From Oligoflexia bacterium (lineage in GTDB: Bacteria > Bdellovibrionota > UBA1018): a stretch of 64,000 nt of DNA. Position 1 is the stretch's first letter; the number at the start of each line of letters is the position of its first letter. This document shows positions 19,267-29,065 of the stretch, one piece after another. The position numbers and the translations under genes are program-made. The stretch lies in NCBI GenBank assembly GCA_903935335.1, contig CAIZRG010000054.1, positions 106,306-170,305 on the forward strand. Reading direction: 5' to 3'. Below the pieces are notes generated by a model, which did not search any database, had not been told where the DNA came from, and worked only from the letters and a program-made list of their open reading frames with translations.

Positions 19267-20403
19267 TTAAAGAGCGGTGCATTGCGAATGATAGCCGTGT
19301 TGTTCCTCAGTGCTGTTGTCTATCTCCAGTTGCCTCTCCGTGTTTTCTGTTTCTCTTTGAACATAGGAAACTACACCTTGAAAATAAGCCTCAGCAATTT
19401 CTTCGGCACTCTTGCTCATAAGATCATCTCCTGGATTCAGCCAAACATTGACTTGGGAAGGAATACTATTGAAAAACAAATTTCTTCCCAATACACCAGG
19501 CACTGTAGTTCTGGGTACACCTGCATTTAATAAACCGATACTCGCGCAAGTCTCAGCCATTTCTCGGTTCATTGGGATCCCGCAGGAAGCTTCACCAAAC
19601 GTATTAACATCCTCCAAGAGCTGAATTCCACATCTCATGTCTCTCACTTTTGCGGCAATATGAGCTGCCAGCTTCGAAGATTCCCAAACCTTTCCACTGA
19701 CTAGGGCATGCATAAATCGAAATCTGAAACGCTCTGTGGCCAATTCACCCTTCATGAAACAGCCGGGACAGAATGAGACAAAAGTATTATTTGGTTGTTG
19801 TGTTCCACCACTTTTGAAGCGAACAGCAAGTGCTATATCTGGGCTAGCTGCAAAGACTTCGTCCACTATGGGAGCATATTCAGAAGGGCCCATGCTTGCA
19901 CGAGATCTTGTCAACAAAACGTTAGCGCCTTCAGCTCTTAGTTTTCCTGCTAGCAAAGACGAAATTTCTTGAGTCAATGGAAAATAATCCGAGCGAAGAG
20001 AAGACAAATTATTTCCATCTACTGCTATATTGTAGCCGGAGAGAGTTTTCTTACCTTGCAGTTTTGCTACACGCGGTTTCATAGCTTGGAAGGCAAAACT
20101 ATATTCAACTGTTCCAGTTGCGATATCCGATATTACGTCAATTCGGTCGTCTTTGATTTTAATGTGGTTTTCAAAATGACGTCGAACCTCTTCATTTTCT
20201 TGTTGAAGCAAAACGCGAAGATCCGTTATAATCTCATCTCTACTTCTCATCCCAAGATATCTATCTAAACTATTCCAGTCAATAGGGTAGGTAAAAGCTG
20301 TCGGTGATATAAGAAATGTAAGCAGAGTTAAAAAATTCCGAACAATAGATTTGGAACGCATAAAGCACCTCTCAAAACTCAACGTAAATATCAAGTGGAG
20401 CAT
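19267..20403 (-). CDS. Secreted N-acetylmuramoyl-L-alanine amidase (Amidase_3)-like protein with a degenerate active site
   Basis: LSGYNIAVDGNN, LRAEGANVLLTR, DIALAVRF and GVLGRNL follow the Amidase_3 pattern. Signal peptide from the second Met. Confidence 0.6.
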   Translation of the reverse strand: MLHLIFTLSFERCFMRSKSIVRNFLTLLTFLISPTAFTYPIDWNSLDRYLGMRSRDEIITDLRVLLQQENEEVRRHFENHIKIKDDRIDVISDIATGTVEYSFAFQAMKPRVAKLQGKKTLSGYNIAVDGNNLSSLRSDYFPLTQEISSLLAGKLRAEGANVLLTRSRASMGPSEYAPIVDEVFAASPDIALAVRFKSGGTQQPNNTFVSFCPGCFMKGELATERFRFRFMHALVSGKVWESSKLAAHIAAKVRDMRCGIQLLEDVNTFGEASCGIPMNREMAETCASIGLLNAGVPRTTVPGVLGRNLFFNSIPSQVNVWLNPGDDLMSKSAEEIAEAYFQGVVSYVQRETENTERQLEIDNSTEEQHGYHSQCTAL

Positions 20404-20746
20404 TTATAACATTATTTAATTTATTTTTACAACTCATTTCTATCTAAGAACTTCCCAGTTTCGCGTACGAATCAAACTTTTCGCATTCGTTATGCCATTC
20501 ATTTTTTCCAAATTTTCGAGCAATTTCGGAATTGCAACATCTAATTATGGTTTCATGGCCAAAATCGAGTAAGAGATAATAAATCCTTTCTTTCTCCTCA
20601 CCAGAGCATTTACACATAAATTTAATTTTTAAAAATCTCGTATTTGGTTTCATAAATCAATCCGCCTGTGGGTATTCGAAAAAAAATTTGATTGGTAGAA
20701 ATGGCTATCACTCTTTAGTTTTTTTTGTATTCTTTGGCGATTCTAC

Positions 20747-20929
20747 CTATGAACTCTTCTTGGCTCTGGTCGGTTGATTTGTTGTTTGAATCATCTGAGT
20801 GGGTTGATTCGGGTTGTCGATCCGAGGAATGTTCAAAAGAAAAACAGCCGCTATGCCCAAGTGCAAGGCACAGGACATAAGCAGTGGACCCCTTATAGGG
20901 GAACTGATGAGCTCTATGGACCAAATCAT
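20747..20929 (-). pseudogene. Possible TonB/TolA-like signal-anchor remnant
   Basis: SCALHLGIAAVFLL (SxxxH transmembrane motif) followed by a P/Q-rich linker and an early stop, directly after topA. Confidence 0.3.
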
Positions 20930-20954
20930 CTTCTGAGCACTCAGCTTGAGAGTT

Positions 20955-23252
20955 TTATGGTTGGATAGGAGGAGGTTCTTTCCCATAATTGGGATCAATG
21001 ACTTCAATAAATCCACATTCTTTTTGAGGGCATTTATGCATAAGCCCCGCTTTCTTAGTAATTTTTTCAGTCAAGAGAGGAAATTTACATTGAGGACAAG
21101 GATTCTCCAGGGGTTTATCCCAAAGGGCAAAGTTGCATTTTGGCCATTGGTTACAGCTATAAAAGAAGCGTCCATATTTTGATCTTTTTTGAGCTATTTC
21201 TCCATCAGGACAAGTTGGGCATCGAATCCCTAATGTAATTGCCTGAGTGAATTTACAGTTGGGATAGTCGCTGCAAGCTAGGAATTTTCCAAATTTCCCG
21301 CTTTTAACAATCATTGGATTTAAGCATTTTTCGCACTTTTTTTCTGTAAACTCTTTTGGAATAATAACAATCTTTCCGTGATCATCTTTTTTAAAGTCTT
21401 GGGTATTTTTACAATCAGGGTAATTTGAGCAAGCAAGAAAAGAGCCTAGTTTTCCCCATTTGATGACCATGAGATGATTGCATTTTTCACACTGAACGTC
21501 AGTTGCGACCTCTTGACGTTTGATGTTTTTCATTTGCTCTTTAGCAATCTCTAGTGTTTTTTCAAATGGTTTCCAAAAGTTAGCGAGTGTTTTTTTCCAA
21601 TTTATTTTTCCCTCTTCAATATCATCAAGTTGATTTTCCATTTCTGCAGTGAACTCTGAATTCAAAATTTCAGGGAATGAAGCAACCAAAAGTTCTGTCA
21701 CAACGACCCCAAGTTCACTCGGAAAATAGCGGCTTTCTCTTTTTTCGACGTATTCTCGGTCTTGAATATTGGATAAGATCGCTGCATAGGTCGAGGGGCG
21801 GCCAATTCCCTTTTCTTCGAGATCACGGATCAAAGAAGCATCTGTGTATCGCGGAGGGGCTTGAGTAAAGTGCTGGGAAGGCTCAAAGGCTTTATTTTGA
21901 ACTGGGTCTCCAGCATTGAGCTTGGGAAGCTTAAGTGCAGACTCATTTTCTCCTTTTTCTTCCTCTTCTAAGCCTTCAAGATAGACGGCTGTGAACCCAG
22001 GAAACTTTAAGATAGAACCAGTGGCTCGAAATTTTTGTTCTTTTCCTCTTTTGTCTTGGGCTATTAAATCCAGTGTTGTTTGGTCATAGAGGGCAGGGTT
22101 CATTTGAGAAGCAACAAATCGATTCCAAATTAAAAGATAGAGTCTAAACTCATCCTTCTCTAAGTGGGGTTGAATGGTATCAGGAGAGAATTCCAGAGAA
22201 GTAGGTCGAATCGCTTCGTGAGCTTCTTGAGCACTTTTTTTAGATTTATAGACATTGGGCTCTGAGGGAAGATAGGATTTACCGTATTTTTTTTCGACAA
22301 ATTCTCGAAGTGATTGGATGGCTAATGGGTCGATGCGAACAGAATCAGTTCTCATATAGGTGATCAAGCCATGAGTTCCTAGATCACCTAGATCAATCCC
22401 TTCGTAGAGTTTTTGGGCAAGAGCCATTGTCTTTTTTGCACTAAAACCCAGTTTTCTAGAAGCATCTTGTTGGAGTTTACTTGTAATAAAAGGAGGAGCA
22501 GACTTACGAGATCGTTCTTTTTGCTCAAGAAGAGCTACTTTCCAATCAGAATTTTTAAGATCAGAAAGAAGATCATTTACTGCTTTTTCGTTACAAAGAA
22601 TGGGGTCCTTGCCTTCTGTTTTAAAAAGACGGGCTGAAAAATCGATTCCATCCTTTGAGAAGAGACCTTCCACTTCCCAATATTCTTCTGACTTAAAAGC
22701 TTTAATCTCAGTCTCTCGATCCACTACAAGCCGAAGAGCAACCGATTGCACTCGTCCTGCTGAGATCCCTCGTTTTACTTTATCCCAAAGAAGTGGACTA
22801 ATTTTGTAACCTACAAGGCGGTCTAAAATTCTTCGGGCTTGCTGAGAGTGATATTTATCAGAGTTTAATGCTTGGGGATGATTCATCGCGTCGAGAACGG
22901 AAGGTTTGGTGATAGCATTGAATAAAACTCGGTAGATTTTTTTCCCTCGAGCTTGAAGTTCCTCCTGAATATGCCAAGCGATCGCCTCTCCTTCACGGTC
23001 TGGGTCAGTTGCTAGGTAAAGCTCAGGAACCTGTTGAGCAGCTTTTCGAAGTTCTTCAATTACTTTGGCTTTGCCAGGAATCACTTGATATTCTGGTTGA
23101 AATCCTTTTTTGGGATCGACTCCAAGTTTACTTTTAGGTAAATCCTTGATGTGACCTACACTTGCTTTAACGATAAAACTACGACCGAGGTATTTTTGAA
23201 TGGTTTTCGCTTTCGATGGAGATTCAACGATAACAAGAGCTTTTTTCGCCAT
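20955..23252 (-). CDS. topA: DNA topoisomerase I
   Basis: LVIVESPSKAK, ATDPDREGE, SAGRVQ, ITYMRTD, GIGRPSTY, C-terminal zinc ribbons. Confidence 0.98.
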   Translation of the reverse strand: MAKKALVIVESPSKAKTIQKYLGRSFIVKASVGHIKDLPKSKLGVDPKKGFQPEYQVIPGKAKVIEELRKAAQQVPELYLATDPDREGEAIAWHIQEELQARGKKIYRVLFNAITKPSVLDAMNHPQALNSDKYHSQQARRILDRLVGYKISPLLWDKVKRGISAGRVQSVALRLVVDRETEIKAFKSEEYWEVEGLFSKDGIDFSARLFKTEGKDPILCNEKAVNDLLSDLKNSDWKVALLEQKERSRKSAPPFITSKLQQDASRKLGFSAKKTMALAQKLYEGIDLGDLGTHGLITYMRTDSVRIDPLAIQSLREFVEKKYGKSYLPSEPNVYKSKKSAQEAHEAIRPTSLEFSPDTIQPHLEKDEFRLYLLIWNRFVASQMNPALYDQTTLDLIAQDKRGKEQKFRATGSILKFPGFTAVYLEGLEEEEKGENESALKLPKLNAGDPVQNKAFEPSQHFTQAPPRYTDASLIRDLEEKGIGRPSTYAAILSNIQDREYVEKRESRYFPSELGVVVTELLVASFPEILNSEFTAEMENQLDDIEEGKINWKKTLANFWKPFEKTLEIAKEQMKNIKRQEVATDVQCEKCNHLMVIKWGKLGSFLACSNYPDCKNTQDFKKDDHGKIVIIPKEFTEKKCEKCLNPMIVKSGKFGKFLACSDYPNCKFTQAITLGIRCPTCPDGEIAQKRSKYGRFFYSCNQWPKCNFALWDKPLENPCPQCKFPLLTEKITKKAGLMHKCPQKECGFIEVIDPNYGKEPPPIQP

Positions 23253-23323
23253 GCCCTACAGTATTCAAAAATCGTAGGTTTTTTCAAGAGACTTAGAAGA
23301 GAGAAAATCTAACTGCTTAAATA

Positions 23324-24346
23324 TTAAAGACTTACAAGTAGGCCCCGGTGCTCTCTAACGCAGTTTTTTTCAAGAAGTGGCTGTAAAACAGAGAAAAATT
23401 GATGAGCTGTCCAACTTTGCTGAAGAGCCCATTCCAGTACCTCTTGTAAAGGAACTCCGCCTGTTTGATGAGTAAGTTGTGTAATCATTTCGACTAAGAT
23501 TTTCTCATGAGGGTTGAGAGGGTTTATAGGGGAGCTTAAAGGGTGATTTTTAGCCTGGTTAGTTTTTTTTTGACATGAGTTCTTCTGCTTGCAAGTGGGG
23601 TGTGTGGCAAGCTCGAGCCAAACAGCTCCAAGGCTGTGTATTCCCCAAAATGTGAGAGAGTGATCTCGGTCTAGGAGGGTTTGGTTTCCTGCAAAAGCTG
23701 GATCTCCTGGAGAGCAAGGTACAGCAAAACAGATTTTATTTTGCTCTCTCGTCCAACGTGCTGTATTGAGTGCTCCGGAAGGTAGTCCAGCTTCTACTAC
23801 CCAGGTAGCTTGAGAAAAACCTGCGATGAGACGATTTCGTCTTAAAAAATGGTGTCCCAAGGCTGGTGTGCCGAGTGGATACTCAGAAATTAAAAGGCCA
23901 TCTGACTGAAGAATTTGGCGTTTTAAAACTTGATTCTCTTTAGGATAAGGAAGGTCTAAGCCAGCCCCTAGGATTGCAATGGTCGGTAGCCCTGCTTCTA
24001 AAGCTGTGAGATGTGCGAGCGTGTCAATGCCCCTGGCTAGACCTGATATCAAAATAAGCTGGGAACCCTGAAGTTCTAGGATCCATCTTCGGAGTTGCTC
24101 CTTTGATTTGAGGAGAGGGTTGCGAGTTCCAACAATCGCTAATCCTCTCTCTGGGAGTTTGCTCAGAAGTTTGAGTCCTTTCTTTGATCCTTGAATAAAA
24201 ATTGAAGAAGGTGGGTCATCTAGATTTAAAATCCATTCAGAAATTGGGAACGGTGTTTTTTCATGGAGATTAAAATGAGTAATTGGAAAATTCATTCTTT
24301 TTAACATTGCTGCAAGTGTGCCATATTTTGAGAGCCGAGATTTCAA
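23324..24346 (-). CDS. dprA: DNA-processing protein DprA
   Basis: AIVGTR, ISGLARGID, FLRRNRLIAG, VEAGLPSGAL. Lies upstream of topA. Confidence 0.92.
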   Translation of the reverse strand: MKSRLSKYGTLAAMLKRMNFPITHFNLHEKTPFPISEWILNLDDPPSSIFIQGSKKGLKLLSKLPERGLAIVGTRNPLLKSKEQLRRWILELQGSQLILISGLARGIDTLAHLTALEAGLPTIAILGAGLDLPYPKENQVLKRQILQSDGLLISEYPLGTPALGHHFLRRNRLIAGFSQATWVVEAGLPSGALNTARWTREQNKICFAVPCSPGDPAFAGNQTLLDRDHSLTFWGIHSLGAVWLELATHPTCKQKNSCQKKTNQAKNHPLSSPINPLNPHEKILVEMITQLTHQTGGVPLQEVLEWALQQSWTAHQFFSVLQPLLEKNCVREHRGLLVSL

Positions 24347-24394
24347 TCAAGTTGATGAAATTTGAACTTTCTGATTAAAATCCGAATCTAAGTT

Positions 24395-25726
24395 TCATTC
24401 TGAAACTGATATTTCTTGAGAAGGAGTTTCTGGGAGTGGGGCTTCAGTCTCTGGGGTAGTAGATTCTGATCGAAGCTCCGTTGTGGCTTCGGGAGATTTC
24501 AAATTTTCAGGTTGAGTATCCGATAAAGGTGTGTTTTTCGCAGACTCAGGAGGTGGTGGTGTGGTTTCTAATGTTTTTAAAGTAGGAGTTTCATTGTCTT
24601 TCCACTTTTCAAGTTGTTTGAGTTCCTTCTTTTCCTGTTTTCCAAGCCCCCCTTGATCATCAAGTTGGTCTAGTTCATTTAAAGGATTGCTTTCTTTGTC
24701 ATCACCTTTTTCTCTAAATCCTCGATTTCTCGATAAATCTGAAACATCGGTGAGAAGAATGACATCTGTATTCTCTTTAATCATGATCATATTTTGAATA
24801 ATAATTCCCATGGAGAAGGTTTCAGTAATATGTGTAACCTGAATATCGGCATCAATAATAAAGTTGGATGAAGTGATTTTTTTATCATTAGAAGGGTCAT
24901 AATGTTCATAAGCTCTAAAAATCATTCCTGGTTTCACTCCGTCATCTGATCCTCGATCAATAAAAACTTCTTTGTGTTGAGCCAATAAGTGAGTTGAAAA
25001 ATTAGGGTCTATCATAACAATTCCCTTGATGGCTTGAGGAGCAGGCAAGGGGGCCATGACAGGGATTCGAGGAGGATCTTGAATGAGAGAAGTTCCTCTG
25101 GGGATAAAATGCCTTGAAGACAAAATAGAGCCAATAAAAATCTTGTCTCTTACTCCTAAGAGTTTAACTTTTCCCATGATGAGATAGGAGTAACCGATTC
25201 GATCTGATTTTGTGGACTTCAGAAGAGTGGGTTCCTGAGTAATAGCGTAAGTTTGTCCTAATTGAAGGGTATTGTCACCTCGAATGTAAACCGTATCTCC
25301 CATTGACAAAAATTGGCTTTCACTTCGAGAGCCAATGATTTGACCTAAGAAAGGGATTTTTTCAGTAGCAGGAATCGCTTGGGTTTCAAATCCAGAATTA
25401 CTATGAAAAATAATTTTATTTCGACTATCAAACCCAAGTGGATCGATCTCAGGAGGTAGAGCCGTCTGAAAAGTTTCCCAGGATTGTTTAGGTAGAGACT
25501 GCCATTCGTTTGACCGGTTTTTTGAGTAAGTGTCGGGAGATGACTCTTTTGAGGCTGAGGCTATAAATCGACTCGATTTAAGAGAAGAAGATTTTAAGTG
25601 GGTATTCTTTTTAAGAATCCTATTGGCTCCCAATACTGAATTCGTGAAGAGGAAGGTCAGCAAGAGTAGGGTCAGAAGGATGCTGCGGTAAAAGTAGGGA
25701 TTTTTTTCCAAGTTCTCAGTCATCAT
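24395..25726 (-). CDS. Hypothetical exported protein (resembles the body of the LysM protein usually found next to dprA)
   Basis: Signal peptide, GDTVYI, VFIDRGSDDGVKPG, acidic/Pro-rich tail. No LysM motif visible. Confidence 0.5.
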   Translation of the reverse strand: MMTENLEKNPYFYRSILLTLLLLTFLFTNSVLGANRILKKNTHLKSSSLKSSRFIASASKESSPDTYSKNRSNEWQSLPKQSWETFQTALPPEIDPLGFDSRNKIIFHSNSGFETQAIPATEKIPFLGQIIGSRSESQFLSMGDTVYIRGDNTLQLGQTYAITQEPTLLKSTKSDRIGYSYLIMGKVKLLGVRDKIFIGSILSSRHFIPRGTSLIQDPPRIPVMAPLPAPQAIKGIVMIDPNFSTHLLAQHKEVFIDRGSDDGVKPGMIFRAYEHYDPSNDKKITSSNFIIDADIQVTHITETFSMGIIIQNMIMIKENTDVILLTDVSDLSRNRGFREKGDDKESNPLNELDQLDDQGGLGKQEKKELKQLEKWKDNETPTLKTLETTPPPPESAKNTPLSDTQPENLKSPEATTELRSESTTPETEAPLPETPSQEISVSE

Positions 25727-26796
25727 GGTTTTAGGTCAGCCGTTTGAGGTGGGGCAAGTGAAGGAGTCGGTGTTGGGCTTGAGCTTGGCTTAACCTCAAG
25801 GGTAGCTGTGATAGGTTCTGAGAGGATTGTATTTTGCGGAAAAGGTGACGGAACTGAAATGGCTAGGGGTGAGGGGAGGGGTGAAATGATAGGTTCCGGT
25901 GAGGGCGAAGCTAGGAGTAGATTTGGAACGGGAGATTGAAAAATTTCTGGTTTTATCTTCCGATGAGCTGCAGGTGACTGTGGAAACAGAGAAGTTAAGA
26001 GTTGTCTGTGTTTTGCAGCTTCTTTTGTTTTTTGGAGAGCTTCTTCTGTTTGACTGATCTGATATAAAGCGTCAGGGATGTGACTGCTTCGGTTATAAGA
26101 AATCAAGACGCTCTGATATTCTTGAAGTGCGAGTTTGTATTCTTTTTGTTTAAAGTACGTTTCTCCAATGTAAAACTGAGCAGCCCCTGCTAAGGGATGG
26201 TCAGGATAAGCTTCTAAAAAATTAGAAAAGGCAAGGGTTGCATCTTGATACTTTTGACTTAAAAAGAGGATCATTGCTTTTCTAAAAATCTGGACAGCAC
26301 CATCATTCACAAAGCCAAACTCAGGGTCTTCAAAAGCGAGTGAAGGTTCTGCCCTTGATCCAGAGTTTTGAGCTGGATGCTCCTTAATTTCAGCAACTTC
26401 TGTAGGTTGGATGGCTTTTTCAGCTGCAAGGCGGTCCATAGCCAGGCGAGTTAAATCAAGTTTTTCATTTACACTGACGACTTTTGTTTCCAAAGATTGG
26501 ACCCGTTCATTGAGTTCTAAAAGCAGTTTATTTATTTCAGTTGACTCAGGCGGTCGGGTTTTTTGTTCTTGGGGAACCGCTTGTGGTGTTGCGCATCGGT
26601 TTAGGCTAACAACAAGAATGAAGAAGAGACTTCCTTTAAGATATTTTGTTTTTACACCCACTGTACCTCTAGGATAGGATGTTTGTTCAGTTTCAGCAAG
26701 TCCGAGTTTGTCAGAGTTGTAAACAGGAAGTGATCTATTGAGTAACAAAAGGTGAGTGATAAGCGGTGAGTGATAAAAACCAATTGCAAGCTTCAA
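25723..26796 (-). CDS. cpoB: Tol-Pal/cell-division TPR protein CpoB (YbgF)
   Basis: Coiled coil plus TPRs (FLEAYPDHPLAGAAQFYIGE, FPQSPAA) and a Pro-rich tail. True start is probably downstream (VKTKY..., lipobox-like LNRC). Confidence 0.8.
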   Translation of the reverse strand: MKLAIGFYHSPLITHLLLLNRSLPVYNSDKLGLAETEQTSYPRGTVGVKTKYLKGSLFFILVVSLNRCATPQAVPQEQKTRPPESTEINKLLLELNERVQSLETKVVSVNEKLDLTRLAMDRLAAEKAIQPTEVAEIKEHPAQNSGSRAEPSLAFEDPEFGFVNDGAVQIFRKAMILFLSQKYQDATLAFSNFLEAYPDHPLAGAAQFYIGETYFKQKEYKLALQEYQSVLISYNRSSHIPDALYQISQTEEALQKTKEAAKHRQLLTSLFPQSPAAHRKIKPEIFQSPVPNLLLASPSPEPIISPLPSPLAISVPSPFPQNTILSEPITATLEVKPSSSPTPTPSLAPPQTADLKP

Positions 26797-27035
26797 TTCG
26801 ACGAGTCATTCGAGTTAAAAAGCAGGATTCTGCTTTTGTCTATTTTCTTCTAGAGTCCTATGAAGGAATTACGAGCTATTCGACTTTGAACTTTAGGAAC
26901 GGTGATCTTTATCGGGACTTAGAGTTGAGGATGTCATCTGATTTTGTATCTGAGGTTGAAAAGCTCTTGAGGAGCTTGGGAGATTTGATCTATGAAATTC
27001 AGTCTGAATCAAGAAATGAAGGACTTTGGCATTGA
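26766..27035 (+). CDS. DUF4911-like small protein
   Basis: VKKQDSAFVYFLLESYEGITSYSTL. Confidence 0.65.
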   Translation: MSDKNQLQASIRRVIRVKKQDSAFVYFLLESYEGITSYSTLNFRNGDLYRDLELRMSSDFVSEVEKLLRSLGDLIYEIQSESRNEGLWH

Positions 27036-28470
27036 TTCTTTAGATATTGAAAAAATTTTAGTGGCAGCTCTAAAAAATGGAGGGGATCTGTCTGAATTAT
27101 TTTTTGAAGAGACCGCTTCAACACGAATTTTTTTAGAGGGGGGGCGTCTTGATAGGGTCATTCACGGAGTGGATCATGGAGTGGGTTTGCGTATTCTGGA
27201 TGGAGGAAGATCGGTCTATGGATATACCACTCGATTGACTGAGGAATCCTTAATGACTTTGGCAGAAACTCTTGCTGCAGCAGTTCATCGAGAGGAAGAA
27301 GCCAAGGAAACTCCTATTAAGCTAAAAAGATTAGATTGGCGGAAGGCCACTCAGATTGAAAAAAGTATTGAAGAGTACCGTATTCAAAAATCGCCACGGG
27401 ATGCTAGTCTTGCTGATAAATTTGATTTAGCCAAGCGGGCTGAGTCTGCAGCTCGAAAAGAGCTTCCTCAGGCTAAGCAGGTGACTGCGATTTTAATGGA
27501 CTCGCTTAGAAAAATACTTGTTTTAAATAGTGACGGGTTAGTAGCTAGAGATGCCAAAACTTATCTTCAAATGGTTGTTCAAGTCGTGGGGGAACGAGAT
27601 GGACGGGTTGAATCTTTCTACGAGTCTGAAGGTGGATTTGTTGGACTTGAATTTTTTGATGAAACTCCTCCTGAAGAGATGGGTCGACGAGCTGCTGAAA
27701 GAGTGAAAATTTTGCTTTCGGCAAAGCCAGCTCCTTCTGGAACTATGCCGGTTGTAATTTCTGCTGAGGCCGGTGGTACAATGATTCATGAGGCTGTAGG
27801 ACATGGGTTAGAAGCTGATCTTGCTTGCAATGGTCTTTCTGTTTATCAAGGTAAATTAGGCGAAAAAGTTGCCGCTTCTTTGATTACCGTGATGGATGAC
27901 GGGACTCTTCCAGGCAAACGTGGAAGTTATCGTTTTGATGATGAGGGAACCCCTGCTCAGCGAAATATTTTAATTGAAAAGGGAGTTCTGAAAAGTTATT
28001 TGGTCGATAAACTTTCAGCGATGAAGTTTGATTTGATGGCTACTGGGAACGGAAGGCGAGAGTCGTTTCGTCATCCCCCGATTGTTCGAATGACAAACAC
28101 TTGGATTGCGCCTGGGAAAGATAATCCTCAAGAAATTTTGGAGAGCACTTCATGGGGAGTGTTTGTGAAGGGGATGGGTGGAGGTCAGGTGAACACGGTT
28201 ACAGGGGACTTCGTTTTTGCTGTGACAGAAGGGTATCTGATTGAAGAAGGCAAACTTGGAGCTCCTATTCGTGGAGCTACTCTTGTTGGGAATGGACCAA
28301 AAGTTTTGATGGAAGTGGATCGGGTTGGGAATGATTTAGGGTTTTCAACTGGAACTTGTGGAAAAGATGGGCAAGGTGCCCCAGTGACTGATGCTCAGCC
28401 AACCCTGAGAATTCCTTCATTAACGGTTGGGGGTGAAGTTCCTTTGACGATCTATTGGAAAAGGTTATGA
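26992..28470 (+). CDS. tldD: TldD metalloprotease
   Basis: HEAVGHGLEAD, FDDEGTP, RMTNT, CGKDGQ. Confidence 0.95.
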   Translation: MKFSLNQEMKDFGIDSLDIEKILVAALKNGGDLSELFFEETASTRIFLEGGRLDRVIHGVDHGVGLRILDGGRSVYGYTTRLTEESLMTLAETLAAAVHREEEAKETPIKLKRLDWRKATQIEKSIEEYRIQKSPRDASLADKFDLAKRAESAARKELPQAKQVTAILMDSLRKILVLNSDGLVARDAKTYLQMVVQVVGERDGRVESFYESEGGFVGLEFFDETPPEEMGRRAAERVKILLSAKPAPSGTMPVVISAEAGGTMIHEAVGHGLEADLACNGLSVYQGKLGEKVAASLITVMDDGTLPGKRGSYRFDDEGTPAQRNILIEKGVLKSYLVDKLSAMKFDLMATGNGRRESFRHPPIVRMTNTWIAPGKDNPQEILESTSWGVFVKGMGGGQVNTVTGDFVFAVTEGYLIEEGKLGAPIRGATLVGNGPKVLMEVDRVGNDLGFSTGTCGKDGQGAPVTDAQPTLRIPSLTVGGEVPLTIYWKRL

Positions 28471-28566
28471 GTTCTCTCGTGTTTTTTTATAAGAGATGAT
28501 TTTCTGTCTTGAAATTGGAATCCAATAAAGGTAATCGTTTGAACTCTTGCATGAGTTTTATATTGC

Positions 28567-28642
28567 GTCCCCATCGTCTAGAGGCCTAGGACACCGCCCT
28601 TTCACGGCGGTAACCGGGGTTCGAATCCCCGTGGGGACGCCA
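28567..28642 (+). tRNA. tRNA-Glu(TTC)
   Basis: GTCCCCA/TGGGGAC acceptor, CCGCC-CTTTCAC-GGCGG anticodon arm, GGTTCGAATCC, CCA. Confidence 0.97.
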
Positions 28643-28699
28643 ACAGATGCTTTAAGCTGGCCCAGAAGGATTACTCCAAAGTATTGGCAGATTTAAATT

Positions 28700-28923
28700 T
28701 TTTCCATTCTGTCATTCAACTCATCGTATTTCTGACGGACGAAAATGAGCCAAACGATAGCCCCCTCCCCCTACCTTCCCTCTGTGAATTACCAGCCTTG
28801 AGGTGATAGGTATGATTTTTAACTAAAAATCCCCTTTTACCGCCTGTTGTGCGGTAAAGAACCCAGTTGTCCTACCGATATTTCATAGAGCCCAGTTTCT
28901 TTAGCCTTGGATTTGTGCACCAT
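28700..28923 (-). pseudogene. AbiEi-type antitoxin N-terminal remnant
   Basis: Minus strand across frameshifts: MVHKSKAKETGLYEISVGQLG / FFTAQQA / NHTYHLKAGNSQREGRG / YRLAHF. Confidence 0.55.
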
Positions 28924-29065
28924 TCTGTTCAGATGTTGGAAGGAGTTCTCTAGTTCGGATAAATCTTCGGATGATGTTCTTTCCAGCCGGGGATTGACTA
29001 CGAGACATAGAAATAAGTAAAACCGTTATAATAAATTCAATAGATAGTAAAATAGATATCTTAAA

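Noticed and set aside
19041-20268. Several plus-strand ORFs of 70-126 aa
   Set aside because: Mostly antisense to the amidase-like gene, with no recognisable motifs.
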